From contig JBBIJD010000026.1 in NCBI GenBank assembly GCA_037446135.1, positions 1 through 22,011 of the forward strand: a stretch of 22,011 nt of DNA, given 5' to 3'. This DNA is from Candidatus Fraserbacteria bacterium (GTDB lineage Bacteria > Bipolaricaulota > Bipolaricaulia > RBG-16-55-9 > JANLFV01). The notes below the pieces were generated by a model that saw only the letters and a program-made list of their open reading frames with translations, was not told the origin of the DNA and did no database searches. Positions 1 through 7,153 of the stretch are shown here, one piece after another; positions within the stretch are counted from its first letter, which is position 1; each line of letters starts with the position of its first letter. Both the position numbers and the translations under genes were made by a program.

Positions 1-2
1 CG

Positions 3-653
3 AGAGAGGCCCTCCTCCCCATCATCGATAAGATCTTCACCCGCGTCGGAGCGAGCGACATGCTCGCTTCAGGATACTCGACCTTCATGGTCGAGATGCT
101 CGAGACGGCCAATATCTTGAACAATGCTACCCAGAGGAGCCTGATCATCCTCGATGAGATGGGGAGGGGGACCTCGACCTTCGATGGGGTCTCGATTGCC
201 TTTGCCGTGGCCGAGCACCTCGCGACCAAAGTCAGGGCCAAGACGCTGTTTGCTACTCACTATCACGAGCTCACTAAGCTCGCCGACCGCGTCCCCGGGG
301 TGAAGAACATGCATGTCCGGGTCAAGGAGTTCGGGAATGAGGTGATCTTCCTCCACCGCGTCGCCGAGGGGGTGGCCGAGGGGAGCTACGGGGTCCATGT
401 CGCAAGGCTCGCGGGCCTGCCGCCAGAGGTGACGGAGAAAGCGGCCCAGATCTTGGACCAAATCTTGCGGAATAACCCTCTCGACGCCATGGGCGAGCTG
501 CGGAGCCGTGAGCCGCGGTTCCTAAAGCAGCTCGCCCTCTTCGCTGCCGAGGAGCACCCGGTCATCAAGCGGCTGAAGGCCATCGATCTGGAGAAGCTCA
601 CACCCCTCGAGGCCCTGGAGCTTTTAGCGGAGCTGAGGCGGGAGCTGGGCTGA
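3..653 (+). CDS. mutS: DNA mismatch repair protein MutS, C-terminal part (5'-truncated by window)
   Basis: Frame is open from base 3 ([19 protein letters not shown]...). It carries the MutS ATPase-domain motifs [16 protein letters not shown], Walker [35 protein letters not shown] and the C-terminal LTPLEAL. Confidence 0.97.
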   Translation, partial: REALLPIIDKIFTRVGASDMLASGYSTFMVEMLETANILNNATQRSLIILDEMGRGTSTFDGVSIAFAVAEHLATKVRAKTLFATHYHELTKLADRVPGVKNMHVRVKEFGNEVIFLHRVAEGVAEGSYGVHVARLAGLPPEVTEKAAQILDQILRNNPLDAMGELRSREPRFLKQLALFAAEEHPVIKRLKAIDLEKLTPLEALELLAELRRELG

Positions 654-871
654 ACTCGAGGATGAAGGCTATTGTGCCTCTCCGCCCGGACTTAATAGCT
701 GAAGCTCAGCCATGGGTCTTGTCACATGCTGCCTAATCTTATATATAATGTTGCTCGGTAAGGAGATCGTTGGGGAAAGGTCCGTTGATGAATCTCAAAG
801 ACTATTTGGCCGTTAAATCTGGAGGCCTTCTTACAGGGTTTGGGAGAGGACAGCCAGGAGAGGGAGCAGGG

Positions 872-1138
872 GTGAATGAAGCAGGATCATCAGCGCAAGC
901 CTCGACATGGCGCCATCCCGGTGGCAAGTTACGGGAGTTAGGGCCGGCGACCCTTACCGATGCTGAGCTTTTGGCGATCCTGATCTCCTCGGGCATCAAG
1001 GGCAAATCGGCGGAGGAGATCGCCAAGGAAATCCTCAAAAGATTTGGCTCCTTCAAGGGGATGGCCAATCAGCCAAGGGAAAGACAGGCAGAACGATTAA
1101 AGAGAAAGCTGCCCGTATGCCCGAAACGCGCGAACTAG
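872..1138 (+). pseudogene. radC: RadC/UPF0758 N-terminal fragment, truncated (no JAB domain)
   Basis: HPGGKLRELGPATLTDAELLAILISSGIKGKSAEEIAKEILKRFGSFKGM matches the UPF0758 N-terminal motif (P.EKL...G...LSDAELLAILL..G....A..LA..LL..FG). Similarity stops after MANQP. Start is uncertain (GTG 872 or TTG 770). Confidence 0.75.
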
Positions 1139-2210
1139 ACTGGGACCGAATCGTCTCTCCCTACCTGGAATCAGTGAAGTCCTTGAGCAGTGAACCCGCC
1201 AAATCCCAGCGGTTCACACTGCTTCTGAACGAGCTCCTCGGCATTCAGCCGGGCTTCATCGAGGACTACGTTTCGGGTATTGAAAAATACATCAAGGTAA
1301 GGCAGAAGGATTGGATCTTGAGGGGCAAGACAGACGCCCTTTCGGTAACCTGGTCATCGAATTTGCGAGGGATTTGGGAAAGAGCAGGGGGGAGGCAGAA
1401 CAACAGCTCAAGAGATATGTTGCCTGCCTCTGGTCGCAACTATCGTGCCCCGTCCCCTTTGGTTCGTCCAGGTGAAACCATCTCCCTTGGGCTTCGATCC
1501 TTCTCTTCCGCCGCTGGAGACCGCGGAGCGAGCAAAGAAAGAAGCCAAAGACCCTTACATAGGGACTTATCATGGAGGGCAATGTGGGGAGCCAGTTTCT
1601 CTATGGGACACTGCTCTCCACGGATCTCCTGCCCTTCGGACATTTGGGCTATGGCCTTGTAGTGCTTCCTATTAAGCCATCTAAGAACGGCTATGAGATA
1701 ATCACCGCCGCTAAAGCCAAGGACGAGGGATTTCTGCATCTCGCCCAGTGGCTGGAGAAGGCCCAAGCAGAGTGGGAAAGGCGGCGAGGTAGTAAGGCAA
1801 AGTCGATGAGCATTTATGAACGATTAGATCGCATCCACGGGCTGACTACTCAGAATCCGCAAGCAAAGTATCGGGCGATTTATCCAATGTCAGCTACCTA
1901 CCTCTGTGCCTGTGTGGTGGAGAATGAGCCGATCGAGTTTAATATCAACGGGCAAAAGGTGCGAGTAGGAGGATTTGTAGCCGACTATGTGACTTATCAC
2001 CTTATCCCGCGGTTTGACGCTTCTAATCAGCAACATCTTCGGCTGGCCGAATTAGGTAAGGCATGCAGTCAGAAGGTGGCTCAGTGGCTTAACTCCGGGG
2101 GTGCTAGGAATATCCGCAGCATCGGCGTGCTGCGTAAGAGAGCGCGGCAACTTCTGGCAAGCGAACTTGAGGAGATCGATGAGAAGGTCAAGGAGATCAT
2201 GCCGATATAA
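1117..2210 (+). pseudogene. Remnant of a type IIG/IIL-like restriction-modification enzyme (nuclease N-terminus fused to C-terminal pieces, methyltransferase core missing)
   Basis: Correcting a frameshift at ~1340-1342 gives RGKTDALFGNLVIEFARDL...EAEQQLKRY, a PD-(D/E)xK-like nuclease motif. At ~1436 it jumps to ATIVPRPLWFV, and a second frameshift at ~1562 leads into YGTLLSTDLLPFG and IPRFDASNQQHLRLAELG, which resemble the C-terminal part of these enzymes. No NPPY/W or GxG methylase motifs remain. Confidence 0.7.
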
Positions 2211-2211
2211 T

Positions 2212-2268
2212 GGCTTGATTGCCCGGCATGGCAAGGGCAGAGCTACTTACTACGAGTTTGCCCGATGA
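2212..2268 (+). pseudogene. Orphan C-terminal winged-helix fragment (GLIARHGKGRATYYEFAR*)
   Basis: The G.GR.T.Y wing motif followed by a stop is typical of C-termini of Fic or AlbA/HATPase wHTH proteins. There is no start codon and it abuts the RM remnant's stop. Confidence 0.5.
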
Positions 2269-2322
2269 TTCGCCAACCGATCGTCAACTTTGCGTCAACT
2301 GGCGGGCGGCGGGCCAATTCAT

Positions 2323-2351
2323 TTGACTGCAAAACCGCGGTCGATTAGATT
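2323..2351 (+). promoter_or_regulatory. Sigma70-type promoter for the 2427/3136 operon
   Basis: TTGACT-17 nt-TAGATT, with SD AAGGAGGT before ATG 2427. Confidence 0.65.
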
Positions 2352-2426
2352 TTACCTGGCAAGGTGAACCCCAGGGCGCAGCTTGAGGGTAGATCCTTCG
2401 AGCTATAGTTCAAGGAGGTTTCGATC

Positions 2427-3143
2427 ATGAGCTGGAGGGCTCCACGCTGGCTAAGAATCCCTTTCCTATTGGCATTTCTGCTGCTCGCTGTCCCCCTACT
2501 TCTTTGGGCGGACAAGCTCTCCACGGAGCGGCTAATCGAGCGGGCTACCCGCGATTGGCCCCCGGAATTTAGGGAGGCGAACGCTCTAGCCCTCGTCGCT
2601 GGCTACATCATCCTAGGCCGGCCATTGGACGAGTTGATCAGGCCGGCTCAGGAGGCGATCCAGACTTATGGGGCCTATGAGCTTTGGAATGCCCTCCAAG
2701 CCGGCCGCCAAGGCGAGCACATCAATACTTGTTACCGCCCCCAAGGGTTCGAGGACTACCTCGTCCGGGGCCGGCGGCTCTCCCAGATGAGTATGGAGGA
2801 GTTGGAGCAGCTTACCTTCATTGAAGGAGTCTCGACCGAAGTCCGGCAGGCCGCGGCCACGCTGTTGGTGCGCCGCGCGATCGAGGCTTGGAGAATGGAG
2901 CCCAATAGTTCCTGGTATGCCTTTAGGGTCGCGCACGAACAAGATCTATTCGATCCGCTCAAGCTCCAGTTGCAGAAGTGGATGTTCGGGAGCCAGAGTT
3001 CTGAGCTGGTAAAGGCCACGGTCCTGCCGCTCGCCCAGATGTACCTGGCAGAGCACTTCGTCTGGTGGGAGTGGGAGAATGGCGGGAAGGGCCGGTATCA
3101 CGCGATCATCCAGGGGCAATTGGAGTGCCCCCAAGATGAGTAG
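2427..3143 (+). CDS. Hypothetical exported or membrane-anchored protein
   Basis: Strong SD, basic plus hydrophobic N-terminus (RIPFLLAFLLLAVPLLLWA), largely helical. No family recognised. Its end overlaps the next start by 8 nt. Confidence 0.75.
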   Translation: MSWRAPRWLRIPFLLAFLLLAVPLLLWADKLSTERLIERATRDWPPEFREANALALVAGYIILGRPLDELIRPAQEAIQTYGAYELWNALQAGRQGEHINTCYRPQGFEDYLVRGRRLSQMSMEELEQLTFIEGVSTEVRQAAATLLVRRAIEAWRMEPNSSWYAFRVAHEQDLFDPLKLQLQKWMFGSQSSELVKATVLPLAQMYLAEHFVWWEWENGGKGRYHAIIQGQLECPQDE

Positions 3144-4404
3144 GTGGCTCGCCTCAGGGCTGAGCCTGTTGCTCTTTGTATTGCTCTCGCTGACCGCTGC
3201 CAGTGAGCCGCGCGGGCCGTTCGACTGGCCGATGTTCCGCCATGATCCCCTCCACAGCGGGCTGGCCCGAGGCAGTGGGCAGATCAGTTCGCCCCTCAAG
3301 CGCTGGGAATACCTCGTCCGCGGGCTGGCCGAGCCCTCTCCGGCGATCGGCGACCTCGATGGGGATGGGATCATGGAAGTAGTCGCCGCCTCCTATGGTG
3401 GGGTCTATGCCCTTGCCGGCCCAACAGGGGCCAAGCTCTGGGAGTCCCCTCTCCCGGGGCCCTATGAGATCTCCTCGCCCGCGCTGGGGGACCTCGATGG
3501 AGACGGCCTTCTCGAGGTCGTCATCGGCTCTTATGATAAGAACATCTATGCCCTGAGCGGCCGGACCGGGGCTTTGGAATGGTCTTATCCCACCGGGGCT
3601 CGAGTCTGGTCCTCCCCGACGCTGGCTGACCTCGACGGCGACGGGCGGATTGAGGTGGTCATCGCCTCCGATAGGGTTTATGCCCTCAATGGTCTCACTG
3701 GTCGGCCTAGATGGGTCTTCCCGCTGGAGCTCGGGTCGATCTCCTCCCCGGCCGTTGGGGACCTCGACGGCGATGGTCGGCTCGAGGTGGTCATCGCCGG
3801 AGATGATGTGAGGGTCTATGCCTTGCAAGGCTCTTCCGGGCGGGAACTCTGGCGGTTTGAAGTCCCCCTTGCTCAGCCACGGGGGGTCATCGAGCATTCC
3901 TCTCCGGCCCTCGGCGATCTCGATGGCGACGGGAAGCTCGAGGTCGTGGTCGGGGTCAGCAACCGAGGGCTCTACCTCCTCGATGGCCTGACCGGGCGAG
4001 TGAGATGGTCCTTTCCGATCCCCGATCTCATCAGGTCCTCCCCCGCTTTGGGCGACCTTGACGGGGACGGGCACCCGGAGGTCGTGCTCGGGAGCAATGA
4101 CTCCAAAGTCTATGCCATCGATGGCCTTAGTGGGAAGCTGGAGTGGTCCTTCCCTACTGGGACGAAGGTCGAGTCCTCCCCCGCCTTGGGAGATCTCGAC
4201 GGGGATGGGCAGCTCGAGGTCCTCATCGGCTCCCATGACGGGAAGCTCTACTGCCTCGATGGGCGGACTGGCAGGGAAGAATGGCGCTTCCCCAGTGGCG
4301 GGCAGGTCTTCTCCTCCCCGGCACTGGGGGACCTCGACGGGGACGGCTGCTTAGAGATCGTCTTTGGGAACAATATCGGCTCGATCTTCGCCTTAGACCG
4401 CTGA
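3136..4404 (+). CDS. Secreted FG-GAP/PQQ-like beta-propeller protein with 8 DxDxDG repeats
   Basis: Signal peptide from ATG 3136 (MSRWLASGLSLLLFVLLSLTAAS), PQQ/BamB-like DWPMFRHD start, and eight repeats of SSPxxxDLDGDGxxEVV...YALxGxxG...W. Confidence 0.9.
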   Translation: MSRWLASGLSLLLFVLLSLTAASEPRGPFDWPMFRHDPLHSGLARGSGQISSPLKRWEYLVRGLAEPSPAIGDLDGDGIMEVVAASYGGVYALAGPTGAKLWESPLPGPYEISSPALGDLDGDGLLEVVIGSYDKNIYALSGRTGALEWSYPTGARVWSSPTLADLDGDGRIEVVIASDRVYALNGLTGRPRWVFPLELGSISSPAVGDLDGDGRLEVVIAGDDVRVYALQGSSGRELWRFEVPLAQPRGVIEHSSPALGDLDGDGKLEVVVGVSNRGLYLLDGLTGRVRWSFPIPDLIRSSPALGDLDGDGHPEVVLGSNDSKVYAIDGLSGKLEWSFPTGTKVESSPALGDLDGDGQLEVLIGSHDGKLYCLDGRTGREEWRFPSGGQVFSSPALGDLDGDGCLEIVFGNNIGSIFALDR

Positions 4405-4423
4405 ATGAAAGAGGGAGGCAGGC

Positions 4424-4451
4424 GGGCAGGCGGGAGGGGTCCCGCCTGCCC
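4424..4451. terminator. Perfect 12-bp GC-rich hairpin, probable terminator between convergent transcripts
   Basis: GGGCAGGCGGGA-gggg-TCCCGCCTGCCC lies 20 nt after the propeller stop and 10 nt past the 3' end of the candidate RNA. No clean U-tract follows it. Confidence 0.6.
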
Positions 4452-4461
4452 TGATGAGGTT

Positions 4462-4768
4462 AGCAACCACAGAAGGGGTTTAGGTTTCCCTCGCCCGTGG
4501 GGATTCGAACCCCGGCCTTAGTTGGACTGGGGAAAAATCCCAGCAGAAGGAGGTTGGCAGGACTGCTGGGCAAAACCCTGGTCCACTGGGCTGTAAACCC
4601 ATTAAGGCTGGCACCTTGCCACGGACTAACCTTCAGAACTTGAGCGGTCATCATCCTCAATCTATCCTCTCGCAATTGATCGGCTGAAGGACGCCCGTCC
4701 GCTCGCCGGCGCAATCCTGTCGCTTGCGGAAAGGACTCTTGTCCCTTGTCCCCTCTCAATGAGCTGCT
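4462..4768 (-). ncRNA. Candidate structured non-coding RNA (~307 nt) with tRNA-like domain; family unassigned
   Basis: TATAAT 7 nt upstream; 5' AGCAGC..GAGGGG pairs with 3' CCCCTT..GTTGCT; T-arm GGGG-TTCGAAT-CCCC; several 6-8 bp helices; GAAA tetraloop hairpin; downstream hairpin. Confidence 0.65.
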
Positions 4769-4775
4769 GGAAGGG

Positions 4776-4831
4776 ATTATAACCGCCGCGAGGTGCAAAA
4801 GGCGGGGAAAGCCGGTGAAAATCCGGTGAAA
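4776..4831 (-). promoter_or_regulatory. Promoter of the candidate RNA: consensus -10 with phased direct repeats in place of a -35
   Basis: TATAAT at 4781-4776 and no TTGACA-like hexamer at 17 nt. Repeats GCGGGGAAA / CCGGTGAAA / CCGGTGAAA start at 4802, 4812 and 4823. Confidence 0.5.
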
Positions 4832-4847
4832 GCCCCCTCCCCTTCCC

Positions 4848-5279
4848 TCACTCCGGGGGGAGCTCGGAGATCTCCCAGTAATCTCGGACGGTGTTGACGA
4901 CCTTGATGAACTCGCTCGAGCTCACTGGCTTGTGGATATAGCCCGAGGCCCCGCTGTCGAAGGCCTTGACCATGTCCTCCTCGCTCCGGGAGACCGTGAG
5001 GACGATCACCGGGATCCTCCGGAGCCGCTCGTCCTGCTTGATCTTGGAGAGGACCTCATGGCCGTTGACCTTGGGGAGCTTCAAGTCGAGGAAGATCAGG
5101 TCCGGCCGGGGGGCATCGGCGTAATTCCCGCGCTTATAGAGGAAGTCGAGCGCCTCCTGGCCGTCGCGGACGACGAAGAGCTCGCTCTTCACGCTGCTCC
5201 GTGAGAGCGCCCGCTCCGTCAGCTTGATGTCGTCCGGCTCATCCTCGACTAACAGGATCTTCAATTTCTTCGATCTCAT
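4848..5279 (-). CDS. Single-domain response regulator (CheY-like, Rcp1-type)
   Basis: ILLVEDEPDD, PDLIFLDLKLP (phospho-Asp), IPVIVLT and YIHKP. ATGA overlap with the kinase. Confidence 0.95.
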   Translation of the reverse strand: MRSKKLKILLVEDEPDDIKLTERALSRSSVKSELFVVRDGQEALDFLYKRGNYADAPRPDLIFLDLKLPKVNGHEVLSKIKQDERLRRIPVIVLTVSRSEEDMVKAFDSGASGYIHKPVSSSEFIKVVNTVRDYWEISELPPE

Positions 5280-7039
5280 CGCGGTTCACCTACCTTCGCC
5301 CTCTTGGGGATAGTGAAGTAGAATATTGAGCCCTTCCCGGGCTCCGACTCCACCCAGATCGAGCCGCCATAATTCTCGACGATCCTCTTGCAGATCGAGA
5401 GCCCAGCCCCAGTGCTCTCATAGTCCCCATTGGGATGCAAGACCTCGAAGAGGCCGAAGATCTTGTCCCAGTATTGCTTCTCGATCCCGATCCCATTGTC
5501 CCGCACATGGAACTTGAAGTAGCCGTCCTCCTCCTCCCAGCCGATCTGGACTAGCTTCTTGACCTTATCATTATACTTGACGGCGTTGGAGATGAGGTTG
5601 GCGAAGAGCTGCCCCATCCTGGTTCGGTTGGCCAGGACGGTCGGCAGGGGCCGTTCCACCTCGAGCTTTACCCCCTGGAGCATGAAGTCGAGCCCCTCGA
5701 CCGTCTCCTGGATAACGGAGGCGAGCTGGACCTCCTCGAGCGGCTCCTCCTTGGCCCCGATGCTCGCGAGGGTCAGGAGGTCGTCGATCAGGTTAGTCAT
5801 CCGGAGGGCTTGGTTCTTGATCCGGGTCAGGCAATCGAGCCCCTCCTCATCGAGCCTCTCGCGGTAGTCCTCGAGCAGGATCTGGGCAAAGGACTCGATC
5901 CGCCGGACCGGCCCCTTCAGGTCGTGAGAGACGACATGATTGAACTCCTCCAGCCGCTTGTTGCTCTCCTCGAGCCTGCGGGTCTTCTCCCGGAGGGAGG
6001 CCTCCAATCTCTTGATCTCGGTGATATCGATGTAGTGATTGATCCAGCCGCCGTGATATTTCTCAGTCTGGACGGGGATCCGGACCATCTCCAGGATCCG
6101 TTCCTCCCCCCGCCCACGGAGGGTGAAGGTGAACCGCTCCTGGCCGTTCGGGGAGGTGATGCGGTCGAATGAGCCCGGCTCGACGAAGAAGGGCTGACAG
6201 GGGGCGAGGGCCTTGCGGATCTCCTTCCCGACCAGCTCGTCCCGGTTGATGTAAAAGAGGCGGCCGACAGTCTCATTGGCCCAGAAGATCCGGCCGTTCT
6301 TGTCCAGGAGGATGATCCCTGAATTGAGGGTATCGATGGCATCCTCGATGAGGTAGCGATAGCGGGCCTCGGCCTCATGGAGCCGGCGCTTGAGCTCGAG
6401 GAGCTCGCCGAGCTCCTTGAGGTCCAAGGCCAGATGGTCCCGGTCGATCCGGATCGCCCTCAGCTCGACGGGGATGGCCTCTTGGGCTTTGGAGACGAGC
6501 CTCAACTGGATCCCCTCGGCCTCGCCGCGGGCCAGCGCCCGCTCTAGCTCCTCTTGGACCCTTTTATGGTCCTCAGGCTGGAGGACCTCATTCAGCTCGC
6601 TTATCTTCCCCAGGAGCTGCTGCGCGCGGTTGTTGCTCCTCAGGATCTTCCCCTCAGGGGTGATGATGAGGGCCATGTTCGTCGCGCGCTGGAATGGCTC
6701 CTCGAGGAGGAAGCCGCGCTCCTTAGCTGTGGCTTCGCGTCTCCTCTCACGGCAGGCCAGCCCGAGCGCGGCGCTGATCGCGGCGTAGAAGAGCGCCAGT
6801 GGGAGGAGCCAAGAGAGGTAGCTCAAACTGAGGAAGGGGAGGGCTAGGAGGGCCGTGAAGAGGCCGAGGCTGATCCCCCCGGGGAGGCCGACCTCGAGGA
6901 TGAAAGAGCTGGCAGCCAAGGGGAGGCAGAGGAGGGCGAAGATGAACCCCGCGCTGTGAGGGTTGAGGAGTAAGAGGAGCAAGGCCGTCAAAGAATAGAG
7001 GCTCAGACCCACCCCAAGCCGCCGCAATCTCTTACCCAT
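5276..7039 (-). CDS. Membrane-anchored PAS-domain sensor histidine kinase
   Basis: Hydrophobic N-terminus with several TM segments, two PAS-like segments, H-box VSHDLKGP, N-box NLISNAVKY, DNGIGI, TGAGLSIC and GKGSIFYF. Confidence 0.95.
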   Translation of the reverse strand: MGKRLRRLGVGLSLYSLTALLLLLLNPHSAGFIFALLCLPLAASSFILEVGLPGGISLGLFTALLALPFLSLSYLSWLLPLALFYAAISAALGLACRERRREATAKERGFLLEEPFQRATNMALIITPEGKILRSNNRAQQLLGKISELNEVLQPEDHKRVQEELERALARGEAEGIQLRLVSKAQEAIPVELRAIRIDRDHLALDLKELGELLELKRRLHEAEARYRYLIEDAIDTLNSGIILLDKNGRIFWANETVGRLFYINRDELVGKEIRKALAPCQPFFVEPGSFDRITSPNGQERFTFTLRGRGEERILEMVRIPVQTEKYHGGWINHYIDITEIKRLEASLREKTRRLEESNKRLEEFNHVVSHDLKGPVRRIESFAQILLEDYRERLDEEGLDCLTRIKNQALRMTNLIDDLLTLASIGAKEEPLEEVQLASVIQETVEGLDFMLQGVKLEVERPLPTVLANRTRMGQLFANLISNAVKYNDKVKKLVQIGWEEEDGYFKFHVRDNGIGIEKQYWDKIFGLFEVLHPNGDYESTGAGLSICKRIVENYGGSIWVESEPGKGSIFYFTIPKRAKVGEPR

Positions 7040-7153
7040 CTCTCTGGCTTTTGCTTACTCGAAGAGCATGCACAGCCCCTCTCTCCAGCTTAGTCCCCCT
7101 CTCCCGCGGGGAAGAAGGACATTTGTCCCCTCCCCAGAGAGCCTCTGTCCGGG

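Noticed and set aside
1336..1345. Programmed frameshift or phase variation in the RM gene
   Set aside because: Only a 3-T run, and the gene also has large deletions, so decay is the simpler explanation.
654..2320. Intact mobile element with terminal repeats
   Set aside because: No integrase or transposase, and I found no flanking direct or inverted repeats by eye.
3154..4236. 360-aa antisense ORF, and similar long shadow ORFs such as 17583-18371 and 18576-19286
   Set aside because: Antisense shadows of GC-rich genes with strong codon bias; no motifs or SD.
3340..4350. Regularly spaced DNA repeats (GACCTCGACGGGGACGG-like) resembling an array
   Set aside because: They encode the DLDGDG protein repeats and vary at synonymous positions, so this is not CRISPR.
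4451..4475. Hammerhead core CTGATGA
   Set aside because: No GAAA after the following short stem and no supporting stems I/III.
4493..4520. tRNA or tmRNA gene suggested by GGTTCGAATCC
   Set aside because: T-stem has only 4 bp, there is no 7-bp acceptor with NCCA, no normal anticodon loop on that strand and no tmRNA 5' end.
4559..4583. SRP helix-8-like GGAC-CAGG-N9-AGCA-GTCC on the minus strand
   Set aside because: Apical part lacks the 3-bp stem plus GNRA loop and competes with a stronger 8-bp helix. An Rfam SRP scan would settle it.
4587..4601. tRNA-Tyr-like anticodon loop TGGG-CTGTAAA-CCCA on the plus strand
   Set aside because: No D- or T-arm at the right distance on that strand. It is the complement of a minus-strand hairpin.
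4460..4798. 112-aa minus-strand ORF (or 64 aa from the internal ATG) across the candidate RNA
   Set aside because: Atypical codon usage for this genome, no recognisable domain, and its 5' part spans the -10 box. A small peptide cannot be fully excluded.
4804..4836. Cobalamin-riboswitch-like GGGGAAAGCCGGTGAAAATCCGGT...CCCC on the plus strand
   Set aside because: No following GCCACTG or B12 box, and no downstream plus-strand gene because it runs into a convergent stop. Better explained as phased direct repeats.
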